DNA from: Actinomycetales bacterium
Lineage (GTDB): Bacteria > Actinomycetota > Actinomycetes > Actinomycetales > Micrococcaceae
Direction of reading: 5' to 3'
Assembly: GCA_038199985.1 (NCBI GenBank)
Contig: JBBPYK010000088.1
Location: forward strand, 9,555-73,554
Length of the DNA stretch: 64,000 nt
How positions within the stretch are numbered: the stretch's first letter is position 1; each line of letters begins with the position of its first letter. Below the pieces are notes generated by a model that saw only the letters and a program-made list of their open reading frames with translations, did no database searches and had not been told where the DNA came from. The position numbers and the translations under genes were made by a program. This document shows positions 46,535 to 55,866 of this stretch, in pieces.

Positions 46535-47070
46535 GGAAACACGTCCCCTTCGTTCAGGAACTGCCACTGATCGTGTGGCTTGTGCTGGTGTGGGGTTCCC
46601 TGTGGCGCGATTTCACTGGCCCAAACCTGCTCTTCGGCGCCGTGATAGCTATAATCGTGACTCGGTTCTTCTACCTTCCACCGGTGGAACTGAGCGGGCG
46701 ATTCAACATCGTCCACGCGTTCACTTTCGGCGTGCGGTTCTTCGGCAAGCTTGTTGTGGCTAGCCTTGAGGTCTTTTGGTTGGCCGTGAGCCGAGGTCCT
46801 AACATCCGGAACGCCGTCGTCGCCGTTCAGCTGCGCAGCAGCTCTGATTTCATCGTCACTGCAACGGGTCACACGCTGACACTGATCCCGGGTTCACTGG
46901 TGGTGGACGTTGACCGCTCCACGTCCACTCTGTACCTCCACTGCCTCAACGTGACAACCGCAGGCGAAGCTGATGCAATCCGTCAGGAGGCCCGTTCCGT
47001 CGAAGCACAGATCATCCGTGTGCTCGGGAGCAAAGAAGAGCTTGACCGCTTGCGGGAGGAAGAGTCATGA
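46531..47070 (+). CDS. mrpE: Mrp/Mnh subunit E
   Basis: Position in the operon, overlapping starts and stops, and a TLIPGSLVVDVD motif. Confidence 0.85.
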   Translation: MRKHVPFVQELPLIVWLVLVWGSLWRDFTGPNLLFGAVIAIIVTRFFYLPPVELSGRFNIVHAFTFGVRFFGKLVVASLEVFWLAVSRGPNIRNAVVAVQLRSSSDFIVTATGHTLTLIPGSLVVDVDRSTSTLYLHCLNVTTAGEADAIRQEARSVEAQIIRVLGSKEELDRLREEES

Positions 47071-47336
47071 CCGTCGTCATCACCGTGGTGTCCGTTATCC
47101 TGGCGTTGGCCGCAGCAGGAGCCATCTTCCGAATCGTCAGGGGGCCCTCGCTGCTGGACCGGGTCCTGGCCATTGACGTTCTGCTGGCGATCTTTGGTGG
47201 TGCGCTAGCGCTGGACATGGTCATTGGAGGCAATTTGGATAACCTTGTGCTGCTGGTAGCCATCTCCGTTATCGGGTTCATCGGATCTGTCACGGTGTCG
47301 CGATTCGTCACGGACAGGAGGTTCTCCGGTGGCTGA
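47067..47336 (+). CDS. mrpF: Mrp/Mnh subunit F
   Basis: 89 aa, three TM helices, RIVRGPSLLDRVLAIDVL motif. Confidence 0.85.
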   Translation: MTVVITVVSVILALAAAGAIFRIVRGPSLLDRVLAIDVLLAIFGGALALDMVIGGNLDNLVLLVAISVIGFIGSVTVSRFVTDRRFSGG

Positions 47337-47748
47337 CACAATTTTCGATGTCATCGCAGCCGTCTGCCTGATCGGAGGCGCTCTGATGTCTCTGGCCGCG
47401 GCCATCGGCTTATTGACATTCCCGGACCTCATGTCCCGCATGCACGCGGCCACGAAGCCTCAGGTGCTTGGCCTCTGGCTGTTTCTCGCCGCAATCTCCG
47501 CCGAGCTACGTAGTTGGACGATGCTTCCAATACTGGCGGCGTGCTGGATCTTTCAACTGCTCACAGCTCCTGTATCCGCGCACATGGTTGGCCGTGCCGG
47601 TTACCGCACAAAGTACCTTCGCAAAGAACTGCTCTGCATCGACGAGTTGGACGACGTAGTGGAACACGCTGTCGGTGACCAGGAGACCGATGACAACACA
47701 AAAAATGCGGGTGCCTCCCGAGAGGGAGACACCCGCACCGACCAGTGA
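47329..47748 (+). CDS. mrpG: Mrp/Mnh subunit G
   Basis: LLTFPDLMSRMHAATKPQVLG motif; last gene of the operon. Confidence 0.85.
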   Translation: MADTIFDVIAAVCLIGGALMSLAAAIGLLTFPDLMSRMHAATKPQVLGLWLFLAAISAELRSWTMLPILAACWIFQLLTAPVSAHMVGRAGYRTKYLRKELLCIDELDDVVEHAVGDQETDDNTKNAGASREGDTRTDQ

Positions 47749-47751
47749 GTT

Positions 47752-48012
47752 CTAGACCTGGCCGCGGGTTCGCGCGAACCGGTCAATTGCCTTCTGCGTT
47801 TCGCGGTTGGTCAGAACCTGAATGAGGGTCCGCACGGCACCAGAGACCAGCGCAAAAACCAGCGTTGAGCGAAGGGTGTTCTCCAGTGCATCAGTGCCCT
47901 TGGGCGGGCCATCACCGGTGGTTTTCTCCCAGATGGCATCAACAATTTTGGCCCCGGCAATACCGGCCGCGAGGCTGATCAGGGATCCGAATATCTTCAA
48001 TACTTTTTCCAC
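47752..48012 (-). CDS. DUF4235 domain protein
   Basis: 86 aa; KIFGSLISLAAGIAGAKIVDAIWEK...TLVFALVSGAVRTLIQVL. Confidence 0.7.
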   Translation of the reverse strand: MEKVLKIFGSLISLAAGIAGAKIVDAIWEKTTGDGPPKGTDALENTLRSTLVFALVSGAVRTLIQVLTNRETQKAIDRFARTRGQV

Positions 48013-48138
48013 GGTGGCTCCTTGCTGTGAGACGGAAGCTTTCAGGTTGCTCGGGCTTTCTCCCCTAGCCTAGCGCCAGTGGCCCACCGGGCGTAGCTGT
48101 GTGTAAGCTAGAAGGCACTGAGAAATCAGTAAAGACAT

Positions 48139-48254
48139 TACGACAGGGGAGCGCTGCCTGTACCGGGATTCCGGCCACAGGTTGAACGCTGAGAGTGCGG
48201 ACCACCGCAGACCCTCGAACCTGCTCCGGCTAGTACCGGCGAAGGGAGTCGAGC
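48139..48254 (+). promoter_or_regulatory. TPP (THI-box) riboswitch
   Basis: GGGGAGCG...CTGAGAG...ACCCTCGAACCTGCTCCGGCTAGTACCGGCGAAGGGAG. P1 is closed by CGAC (48141-48144) pairing with GTCG (48249-48252). A downstream hairpin CCTCCTG/CAGGAGG (48281-48298) covers the SD of the next gene. Confidence 0.9.
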
Positions 48255-48303
48255 ATCTCAAAGTGCCCACGGCATTTTCCCCTCCTGACTCCAGGAGGAT
48301 TTC

Positions 48304-48930
48304 ATGACTGAACAACTAACCAACACTGCACCACGCAAGCCGCGCTATCGCTGGCGCGTGGTAGATATCGTGGTCGCAGCGCTTATCGCCGTCACTGGTG
48401 GAGTGATTTTCTGGTTGTGGTCTCTCGGCGCCGGACCAGTAGGTGTTCTGACGGCAGCCTACCCACCGCTGGCTGGCCTCTACAGCGGAGGCTGGGTCAT
48501 CCCAGCTGTCCTCGGCGCACTCATTATTCGGAAGCCCGGAGCTGCATTCTTCTGTGAAACGGTCGGCGCCATGGGCGAGTTGCTGATGGGCTCCAAGTAC
48601 GGTGTCGCCGTCATGGTGTCCGGAATGGTTCAGGGCCTGGGCGCGGAACTAATGTTCGCGGCCTTCGGCTACCGGAGATTCACGCTCTCCGTTGCGCTTC
48701 TGGCAGGCGGCGCCGCAGGATTGTTCATGGGAATCAATGACACCATCGCGCCGTGGGGCTGGAACATTGCGTGGGCACTGGATCACAAGATCGTCTACAT
48801 CGTGTGCTGCGTCGTTGGATGCGCCATCCTTGCCGGAGTCCTGTCCTGGCTGGCAGCACGCGGGCTGTCACGCACCGGAGCCTTGAGCGCATTCCCGTCG
48901 CGCAACGCGGCGTCCGAACCAGTGCTATGA
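48304..48930 (+). CDS. ykoE: ECF transporter S component, YkoE-like (thiamine/HMP precursor)
   Basis: 208-aa polytopic protein directly downstream of the TPP riboswitch. The gene order S-AA'-T matches ykoEDC. Confidence 0.75.
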   Translation: MTEQLTNTAPRKPRYRWRVVDIVVAALIAVTGGVIFWLWSLGAGPVGVLTAAYPPLAGLYSGGWVIPAVLGALIIRKPGAAFFCETVGAMGELLMGSKYGVAVMVSGMVQGLGAELMFAAFGYRRFTLSVALLAGGAAGLFMGINDTIAPWGWNIAWALDHKIVYIVCCVVGCAILAGVLSWLAARGLSRTGALSAFPSRNAASEPVL

Positions 48931-50423
48931 GCGTCAGTGCGCAACCCCGGATTGGGGTCAAGCCAGCGGAAATCAAGGCGGTGAACTGGGGATGGCGGCA
49001 CTCCGGCCGCGAGCAGTCGGCTGTCCAAGGGCTGGACCTACACATCGAACCGGGTGAGAAAGTCCTTCTCCTCGGGCCTTCCGGCGCCGGAAAGTCGACA
49101 CTGCTCCATGCTCTGGCCGGAGTGCTTGGGGCCGAGGAGGACGCCGATGAGACCGGCTCGCTCACTATCGACGACCAGAACGCCAGCGGGCTGCGCGGTC
49201 GTGCGGGGCTCATGCAACAAGACCCGGAGTCCCAGGTCATCCTGTCCCGGGTGGGCGACGACGTAGCGTTCGGGGCGGAAAACCTCGCGGTCGAACCCAC
49301 CGAGATCTGGCGCCGGGTCCGCTCCGCGCTCACGGCAGTCGGGCTGGACGTTCCGCTGAATCATCCGACGTCGCACCTCTCGGGCGGCCAGAAGCAGCGG
49401 CTGGCGCTCGCAGGTATTCTGGCCATGCAGCCCGGCTTGATCCTCTTGGATGAGCCCACAGCCAACCTAGATCCGGAGGGCGTCATAGAGGTTCGTGACG
49501 CCGTGGCCCGTGTCCTAGAAAATACTGGAGCCACGCTCGTGGTAGTGGAACACCGAGTGGACGCGTGGATCGACGTCGTGGACCGGGTCGTTGTGCTCGA
49601 ACCGGGTGGCGGAGTCTCAATGGATGGCCGCCCCGATGTGGTCTTCCCGCAGGCACGGGACCGACTCATCTCGGCTGGCGTGTGGGTCCCCGGATACTCT
49701 CCGCAGATAAAACCCAGAGAGAACATCGGCAGCGGCACGCCGCTTCTGGAGGCTGAGAATCTCTCGGTCTCACGTGAAAAAGTACGACGGCGATACTTGC
49801 CGGTCCCGGCGGCGTCGGACATCAACGTGGTCGTCAAGCGGGGGAGGGCCTTGAGCGTTACCGGGCCCAATGGGGCAGGGAAATCGACGTTCGCCCTCAC
49901 CCTTGCTGGGCTGCTGCCCGCGCTGTCCGGTGAGGTAAATGCCACCGCCGAGTTCGCCGGGAACCTAGGCAACCACCCGGCTCGGTGGAAGGCGCGCGAT
50001 CTCATCACCCGGATCGGCACCGTTTTTCAGGAACCCGAGCACCAGTTCGTGACCGGAAGAGTCTACGATGAACTCGCGTTCGGGCCGAGGCAGGCCGGGC
50101 TTTCGGATGACGACGTGGCCGCACGAGTGGACGAGCTTCTGCAGAGACTACGCCTGGAGTCTTTGGTGGAGGCCAACCCCTATACGCTCTCCGGCGGTGA
50201 AAAGCGGAGGCTCTCCGTGGCCACAGTGCTGGCAACCCGCCCCGAAGTGCTGGTGCTCGACGAACCAACCTTCGGGCAGGATGCCAATACCTGGGCTGAA
50301 CTCGCTTCCCTGCTGCTCGGTCTTCTGGATAGCGGAACAGCAGTGGTGTCCGTGACCCATGATGCCGCCTTTACTAGGGCTCTGGGCGGAGCGCAGTTGG
50401 AGCTTGGAAAGGACGCTTCATGA
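48927..50423 (+). CDS. ykoD: ECF transporter duplicated ATPase (YkoD-like, two ABC domains)
   Basis: Two Walker A sites (GPSGAGKST, GPNGAGKST), two signatures (LSGGQKQRL, LSGGEKRRL) and two Walker B sites. ATGA overlap at 48927. Confidence 0.88.
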   Translation: MSVSAQPRIGVKPAEIKAVNWGWRHSGREQSAVQGLDLHIEPGEKVLLLGPSGAGKSTLLHALAGVLGAEEDADETGSLTIDDQNASGLRGRAGLMQQDPESQVILSRVGDDVAFGAENLAVEPTEIWRRVRSALTAVGLDVPLNHPTSHLSGGQKQRLALAGILAMQPGLILLDEPTANLDPEGVIEVRDAVARVLENTGATLVVVEHRVDAWIDVVDRVVVLEPGGGVSMDGRPDVVFPQARDRLISAGVWVPGYSPQIKPRENIGSGTPLLEAENLSVSREKVRRRYLPVPAASDINVVVKRGRALSVTGPNGAGKSTFALTLAGLLPALSGEVNATAEFAGNLGNHPARWKARDLITRIGTVFQEPEHQFVTGRVYDELAFGPRQAGLSDDDVAARVDELLQRLRLESLVEANPYTLSGGEKRRLSVATVLATRPEVLVLDEPTFGQDANTWAELASLLLGLLDSGTAVVSVTHDAAFTRALGGAQLELGKDAS

Positions 50424-51214
50424 GAGATGAACTGTTCAATCCGGACAACACTGCGTTACTCACCCGGGCCAATCCGTTGGCGAAACTCGTCGCCGTCGTC
50501 CTGGTGACGTTCACCCTCGCAGCCTCCATCGACTGGGTTTCGGCCTCTGTAGCGTTAGGACTGGAACTACTGCTGCTGCCCTTGGCCGGGATGAGCTTGA
50601 TTGCTCTTGCCAGGCGAGGGTGGCCGCTGGCCGTGGCGATACTTCTAGGCGGGTGGAGCACCGCGATTGTTGCCGAGGACTCAGGCGCCATCCTGCTGAA
50701 CCTTGGTTATGTGGACATTACAGAAGGATCCCTCGCGGCCGCCGTTGCGATCACGGCCCGCAGTTTCGCCGTCGCACTTCCCGGGATACTGCTCATGGTC
50801 AGCACCGATCCTACCGACCTTGCGGATTCATTGGCGCAACAAGCCAAGCTGCCACACCGGTTCGTCTTGGGGACACTGGCTGCCATGCGCCTCATCGGTC
50901 TCATGATCGAGGAATGGCGGACTCTAGGCATGGCACGCAGGGCACGCGGCGTCGGATCAATGGGCAGCCCCTGGGCGCGATTCAAGGCGAATCTTTCACA
51001 GGCATTCGGTCTGCTGGTGCAGTCTATTCGGCGTGCCTCGCGCCTGGCTGTAACGATGGAAGCGCGCGGTTTCGGCGGCGAACAACGAACGTGGGCACGC
51101 AAAGCAACGTACGCAGGCATGGATGTGGTGGTGGTTCTCGGCGGAGTGCTTGTGGCCGGCACAGCAATGGCCGCTGCCATGCACCTGGGAACCTGGAACC
51201 TGGTCTGGGGTTAG
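50420..51214 (+). CDS. ykoC: ECF transporter T component (EcfT/CbiQ family, YkoC-like)
   Basis: TM-rich, with ARRARG.. and MEARGF motifs typical of EcfT. Confidence 0.85.
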   Translation: MRDELFNPDNTALLTRANPLAKLVAVVLVTFTLAASIDWVSASVALGLELLLLPLAGMSLIALARRGWPLAVAILLGGWSTAIVAEDSGAILLNLGYVDITEGSLAAAVAITARSFAVALPGILLMVSTDPTDLADSLAQQAKLPHRFVLGTLAAMRLIGLMIEEWRTLGMARRARGVGSMGSPWARFKANLSQAFGLLVQSIRRASRLAVTMEARGFGGEQRTWARKATYAGMDVVVVLGGVLVAGTAMAAAMHLGTWNLVWG

Positions 51215-51393
51215 TCCGCGTTTTCGTCCTGCGTGTCGGCGACGTCTTGTGAATCGCCAGAGCTCGCGTCCTTGGTCTCCGCATCTTCGTTGCGGGGGCC
51301 GGGGCCGCCGTAACCGCCTTCATCCATGTCTTCTAGGCCGCCACCGATATCAGGGTTCTCGCTGGACTCGGCCTTGCTGTTCTGTTCAGTCAT
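51211..51393 (-). CDS. small acidic hypothetical protein (60 aa)
   Basis: MTEQNSKAESSENPDIGGGLEDMDEGGYGGPGPRNEDAETKDASSGDSQDVADTQDENAD. ATG at 51393 follows AAAGGA. It may be non-coding. Confidence 0.3.
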   Translation of the reverse strand: MTEQNSKAESSENPDIGGGLEDMDEGGYGGPGPRNEDAETKDASSGDSQDVADTQDENAD

Positions 51394-51538
51394 GAGTGAT
51401 CCTTTTCTCGTCTTCAAGTCTTCAGGTTCAAGCCTAGCTACCCAACGCGGCGAACTGAATGGCCGGCGCTCAAGTATTTCAGAGCCCTTGCAGCCTGTGG
51501 CCGTCCGGGGAGGTGGTCGCAGTGACCACCTACTCGCA

Positions 51539-52438
51539 CTATAGGGCGGACTCAAGGAGGGCAGTGAGCTCAACCGTGAGTGCGCTTCCTGAGTCCGACG
51601 TAGTGCTCAGAGATTGCCCATCGATGGAGTTCACCGGTGCCAGCAGCCGGATGCTCGAGGCAAGCCAGACGCCGTCGGCGTCGAACAGATCCTGTGGAAC
51701 CAGTGGCCCGTACCCTAGACGCCATCCGGCGGCGTTCGCAGCGGCGAAGAGTGCGCCCTGGGTGGTGCCGGGCAGAACCCCGCTCTTGAGCAACGGCGTC
51801 TGCAAGGTTTTCACGCCATCCCGATCGGTGGCCAACAAGACCGTGGACGTGGGCCCCTCGAGCACCATGCCGTCGGAGGACGTGAAAATCGCGTCGTCGA
51901 AGCCTGCTGCGTGGGCGTATCGTAGGGCCGCCATGTTGACTGCGTAGGAAAGAGTTTTTGCGCCCATCAGCAGCCACGGCGCACGCTCCGCTGCAGCGCT
52001 GTTGTACCCGCGGTCTAGCAACGTGACAGCTAGGCCCGTCTCGCGTTGCTGCCGGGATTTCCGGGTGACGGCAGATACTTGCACCCAGGCCGTCGGTGCG
52101 GAGGCGCCTTCCACTCCACGTGTGACGAGAAGTTTCACCACGAGTTCCGACGCAGTGTCCTCTTCGTTGTGGCACGCGATCGCCGTCTCGATGGCCCGCT
52201 CCCACTGAACCGGAGCTGGAATTTTGAGTTCAAGGCTCGCTGCTGAGGTTGCCATTCTTTCCAGATGCGCCTGGAGTTTCCGTGGTTTGCCATCGCGGGC
52301 CAGCATGGACTCAAACACGCCGTCGCCACGGGTGGCTCCCAGATCGGTGGCCATCAACTGTGGTTTTGAAGCGTCAACGATTCGTCCGTGGGGGTGAAGG
52401 GGGTCGAGGAACACCAGAACTGTCATGCCGCCCAGCAT
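51539..52438 (-). CDS. pabC: aminodeoxychorismate lyase / class IV aminotransferase
   Basis: Class IV fold motifs GDGVFESM, KTLSY..N and LPGTTQ. It lies immediately downstream of pabB. Confidence 0.75.
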   Translation of the reverse strand: MLGGMTVLVFLDPLHPHGRIVDASKPQLMATDLGATRGDGVFESMLARDGKPRKLQAHLERMATSAASLELKIPAPVQWERAIETAIACHNEEDTASELVVKLLVTRGVEGASAPTAWVQVSAVTRKSRQQRETGLAVTLLDRGYNSAAAERAPWLLMGAKTLSYAVNMAALRYAHAAGFDDAIFTSSDGMVLEGPTSTVLLATDRDGVKTLQTPLLKSGVLPGTTQGALFAAANAAGWRLGYGPLVPQDLFDADGVWLASSIRLLAPVNSIDGQSLSTTSDSGSALTVELTALLESAL

Positions 52439-52441
52439 AAT

Positions 52442-54472
52442 TTATGTGTCGGCTGGAAACTGCTTCCCCAGCGCTGCCAGCACTCCGCGGGCCTTGGTAC
52501 GTACCTCTTCCCATTCGTCGCCTGGCACCGAGTCTGCTGTGATCGCCCCTCCAACGCCGAGACTTAGGTCGAAACCGGCCTCGACACGGTGCATGACGAG
52601 GGTACGAATAACGACCGACAACTCAACCGCGCCATTGAGTGAAAAGTAGCCCACCGCGCCGGAGTAAGGCCCGCGCGGTCCCGACTCCAATCGGTCCAGA
52701 ATCGCCATGGTGCTGATTTTCGGGGCCCCAGTCATCGACCCTGCGGGAAAGGCAGCCGCGATCGCCTCCGCACGGGAAGCGTCAGGACTGAGCTGCGCGT
52801 CGATGGTGCTGACCATCTGATGGACGGTGGTGTAACTTTCGACGGCGCACAATCGGCTGACGGACACTGTTCCGGGGACTGCGAAGTGGGAGAGGTCGTT
52901 GCGCAGGAGATCCACGATCATGATGTTCTCGGCTCTGTCCTTCGGCGACCGTTCGAGTTCTCGCCGGAGGGCCGCGTCCCCTTCAGGATCTGCAAGGCGG
53001 GGACGGGTTCCCTTGATGGGCTCAGCTCGCAACGCCCCCTCAGCGGTGATGGAAAGAAAACGCTCAGGCGAAGATCCCGCAAGGTGCAGGTCTCCAAACC
53101 GTAGGTAGTTGGCAAAAGGGGCAGGGCTACCACGGCGGAGGGAGTTGTAGACCCGCACCGGTTCGAGCCGGTTCGCGTGAGCCGTCAACTCCGTGGTCAG
53201 GCATATCTCGTAAGAGTTACCGGCCCGGATCTCATGTTGGGCCGAAACGATTTTAGCCAGGTAGTCTTCCCTCGAATCTCGCACCGTGAAGGTGCAGCAC
53301 TCGGGAGCGGGCAGGTGGTCATCGGACGTCTCTGTGTCCGCGAGCACAGCGCTACGAGCAGTAACCAGCCAGGCCTCCGTGTCTTCATCAGCACACCCGT
53401 CACTGAGTGTCACCAGGTATGCGACGTCGGCTCGGTGATCAAGAACGATGGCGCGCCCTGCGAAGATCAGCGACGCATCCGGGGTCCGTGCGGCACCAGC
53501 TCTGTCTGTACCTCCGGTCTCGCGCTTGAGCTCGTAGCCCAGATACCCAAGCCACCCCAAAGTGAACCCGCAGGGATAATCGGCCGGAGTCTCTATCGAG
53601 GCTCCAGCCCAAATGGTGTTCAACCAGCGAAAGAAGGGCTCCCGAATGCTCACGGTGATCGGCCCCCCGGAGAGCACCATAGTCCCGCCCTCGTACCGTG
53701 CTGCCCGTCCGTGCTTGCCGCCGTCGTCGGCCAGAATGCTGAAGCGGTTGCGATCATTGAGCTCGTGCGTATTGGAACTATCTAGCCATACCGTGTTGCC
53801 GGATTCCGCGTAGAGCGAGGCGAATAATGTTCTAGCATCACTGCGTGCCGGCAATTTCTCAACCTGCACGGACAAGGCAGGGCGGGGCAGGTGAGATAGC
53901 TTTCCGGCCAGCGCGGGAAGTTCGAGAAGCGCCTCGACGACGAGCGCGGGAGTCTCAGGCCCCTGGTGTCCGTTCACAATAACGTCGGCGTCCTCGGTTA
54001 CATCGTCAGCAGAAAGCCACTGCTCCTCCTGAGCCGCCCACCGGTCCCAGAACGGTGCATACGTATCGCCATCACGGGCCAGAGCCATACGACAACGTAG
54101 GTCCTCGGCCGCTTCGATCCAGACCACTGCGTCAAGGAGTGGCCGTGCCGCCGAACACGCTGCGCCTACACCCTCCAGCAGGACCACATCGACGGGTTCT
54201 GTATATCGCGCAGGGCCGTCGTCGCCAGCTTCCCAGTCCCAGGCCCGCCATTCCGCAACCTGACCAGTATGGAGAGGAGTCAGAACGTCGCGAACGTAAT
54301 GGTCCATTCCCTGCCGGAGTCCGTCCCAACCGGGATAGACGTCCTCAAGATGGAATACGTTGACACTGCAATGGGCACGCAGTAGGACCGCAAGTTCATT
54401 GGTCAGTGTCGTTTTGCCAGCGCCGGACAACCCATCGATCGCTATAAGTAGTGGACGAGCGCTAACGGTCAC
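52442..54472 (-). CDS. pabB: fusion: N-terminal P-loop nucleoside/nucleotide-kinase-like domain + aminodeoxychorismate synthase component I
   Basis: N-terminal roughly 190 aa: IAIDGLSGAGKTTL (P-loop) and VVLLEGVGA. The remainder has chorismate-binding motifs SPERFL, PIKGTRPR, AENIMIVDLLRND, GSMTGAPK and GPYSGAVGYF. Confidence 0.85.
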   Translation of the reverse strand: MTVSARPLLIAIDGLSGAGKTTLTNELAVLLRAHCSVNVFHLEDVYPGWDGLRQGMDHYVRDVLTPLHTGQVAEWRAWDWEAGDDGPARYTEPVDVVLLEGVGAACSAARPLLDAVVWIEAAEDLRCRMALARDGDTYAPFWDRWAAQEEQWLSADDVTEDADVIVNGHQGPETPALVVEALLELPALAGKLSHLPRPALSVQVEKLPARSDARTLFASLYAESGNTVWLDSSNTHELNDRNRFSILADDGGKHGRAARYEGGTMVLSGGPITVSIREPFFRWLNTIWAGASIETPADYPCGFTLGWLGYLGYELKRETGGTDRAGAARTPDASLIFAGRAIVLDHRADVAYLVTLSDGCADEDTEAWLVTARSAVLADTETSDDHLPAPECCTFTVRDSREDYLAKIVSAQHEIRAGNSYEICLTTELTAHANRLEPVRVYNSLRRGSPAPFANYLRFGDLHLAGSSPERFLSITAEGALRAEPIKGTRPRLADPEGDAALRRELERSPKDRAENIMIVDLLRNDLSHFAVPGTVSVSRLCAVESYTTVHQMVSTIDAQLSPDASRAEAIAAAFPAGSMTGAPKISTMAILDRLESGPRGPYSGAVGYFSLNGAVELSVVIRTLVMHRVEAGFDLSLGVGGAITADSVPGDEWEEVRTKARGVLAALGKQFPADT

Positions 54473-54959
54473 GGAGGAGGTTTTTCACGTGGTCCACAAC
54501 CCCAGGAATCGCGCCGTTGATGAGAGCCCACGTGGTTTCGAAGTCTTCCTTATCGCCGAACCAGGGGTCGTAGATGCCCAGCTCACGCAGCGGAACTCCC
54601 GACGACGACGGTTCGAACTCCCGCAGGAGCCGCACCTTATCGATGGCCTCCGCATCCGGTGCGTTGGCCCGCAGGTGCTCATGGTGATCCAGGTCCAGAG
54701 CCAGAATCAAGTCCCGGTCTTTGTACCAGGACGGTTCGAATTGCCGGGCAACGTGCTCGCCGCTCGCGAGGTCCTGCGACGCGAGTTTCGCCGCAGCGCG
54801 GGGGTCGATTGGCTTTCCAACCTCCCACTCGGTGGTGCCGGCTGAATCCACGCTCACAGCATGCGCGAGCCCAGCTTCCGTGAAGGCTCTGGCCAGCATG
54901 AACTCCGCCATGGGGGAGCGGCAAATATTTCCGGTGCAGACTGTGATGACCCGATACAT
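54462..54959 (-). CDS. low-molecular-weight protein-tyrosine phosphatase
   Basis: Active site VCTGNICRSPMAE and a DP general-acid loop (IYDPWFG). Its 3' end overlaps the pabB start by 11 nt. Confidence 0.9.
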   Translation of the reverse strand: MYRVITVCTGNICRSPMAEFMLARAFTEAGLAHAVSVDSAGTTEWEVGKPIDPRAAAKLASQDLASGEHVARQFEPSWYKDRDLILALDLDHHEHLRANAPDAEAIDKVRLLREFEPSSSGVPLRELGIYDPWFGDKEDFETTWALINGAIPGVVDHVKNLLRDR

Positions 54960-54979
54960 GTCTACAGTCTATGAGTACC

Positions 54980-55600
54980 TCACACTGCAGCAAGGCCTAC
55001 CCCGACGGTGACGAACAATCCGCCGAAGATTCGGTTGAGAACCTTCTGTCCATGCGCGTTGCGGGTCAAGCGCTGGAAGGTTTTGGCCGCAGCGGCAAAG
55101 AACAACCACATGACGAGCACATCGACGACGACGACAGTCCCCGTGAGCACCAGATACTGCGGAATCAACGGTTGCTCGGGTTTGATGAACTGGGGCATGA
55201 AGGCCAGAAAGAACACGATGGCCTTCGGATTGAGCAGGTTGACCCAGAGGCCACGCCGAAACATGGAAAGGCGTGGTTCGTGCTGGCGGAGGACGACGGC
55301 GTCGTTGTTCAGCTCGGCGCGCTCGCGAAACTTCTGGACCCCGAGGTACACGAGGTAGGCAGCACCGCCGTAGCGAATGATGTTGAAGGCCAGTGGGGAC
55401 CCTGCCACCAGTACGCCCACGCCGGCTGCGACGATCAGGATGTGAGCGATCAGGGCCAGTTGCTGACCGGTGATGCCCCAAATCGCGCGGGTGTAGCCCG
55501 CGTTAAGTGAGTTGCTCATCGTGTTGATGGCTCCTGCGCCCGGAGTAAAGCTGATGAGGAGACAGGCGCCCACGAGGGCCAGCCAGAGTGAGGGAAGCAC
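54980..55600 (-). CDS. LysE/RhtB family amino-acid efflux protein
   Basis: 206 aa, six TM helices, SFTPGAGAINTMS and LNPKAIVFFLAFMPQF motifs. Confidence 0.88.
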   Translation of the reverse strand: MLPSLWLALVGACLLISFTPGAGAINTMSNSLNAGYTRAIWGITGQQLALIAHILIVAAGVGVLVAGSPLAFNIIRYGGAAYLVYLGVQKFRERAELNNDAVVLRQHEPRLSMFRRGLWVNLLNPKAIVFFLAFMPQFIKPEQPLIPQYLVLTGTVVVVDVLVMWLFFAAAAKTFQRLTRNAHGQKVLNRIFGGLFVTVGVGLAAV

Positions 55601-55609
55601 TGTGCCATC

Positions 55610-55655
55610 TTAGGGGTGGAAGGCAGCGGGGTCACACCGGTTACTCGGTGTGACC
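55610..55655. terminator. perfect 20-bp hairpin downstream of the small peptide gene
   Basis: AAGGCAGCGGGGTCACACCG-GTTACT-CGGTGTGACCCCGCTGCCTT. Confidence 0.6.
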
Positions 55656-55677
55656 CCGCTGCCTTTACCTCAGTGTT

Positions 55678-55866
55678 TCAGTACTTCTGTGTCTCTGTAT
55701 TTATGAGCTGGATGCCTTCGTTGCTGCTCTTGCCTGACTTATCGCTGGCATTTATGGTGACGTTCGCGGTTATTCCTGCCGCTTGAGCGGGCGCTCCGGT
55801 GGAAATCCCTGTAAGTACGGTGGCCGAAGCGGCACGTGGTTTGCCGGCGATCTTCTTGTTATTCAT
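55678..55866 (-). CDS. small secreted peptide/protein precursor (62 aa), unknown function
   Basis: MNNKKIAGKPRAASATVLTGISTGAPAQA|AG... is a signal-peptide-like N-terminus with an AQA site. The mature part is about 33 aa, Ser/Asn/Thr-rich and Cys-free. GAGG lies upstream. Local GC is visibly lower than in the flanks. Confidence 0.45.
   Translation of the reverse strand: MNNKKIAGKPRAASATVLTGISTGAPAQAAGITANVTINASDKSGKSSNEGIQLINTETQKY

Noticed and set aside
54971-55510. 179-aa plus-strand ORF
   Set aside because: It is antisense to the LysE-family gene, which has clear TM periodicity and family motifs.
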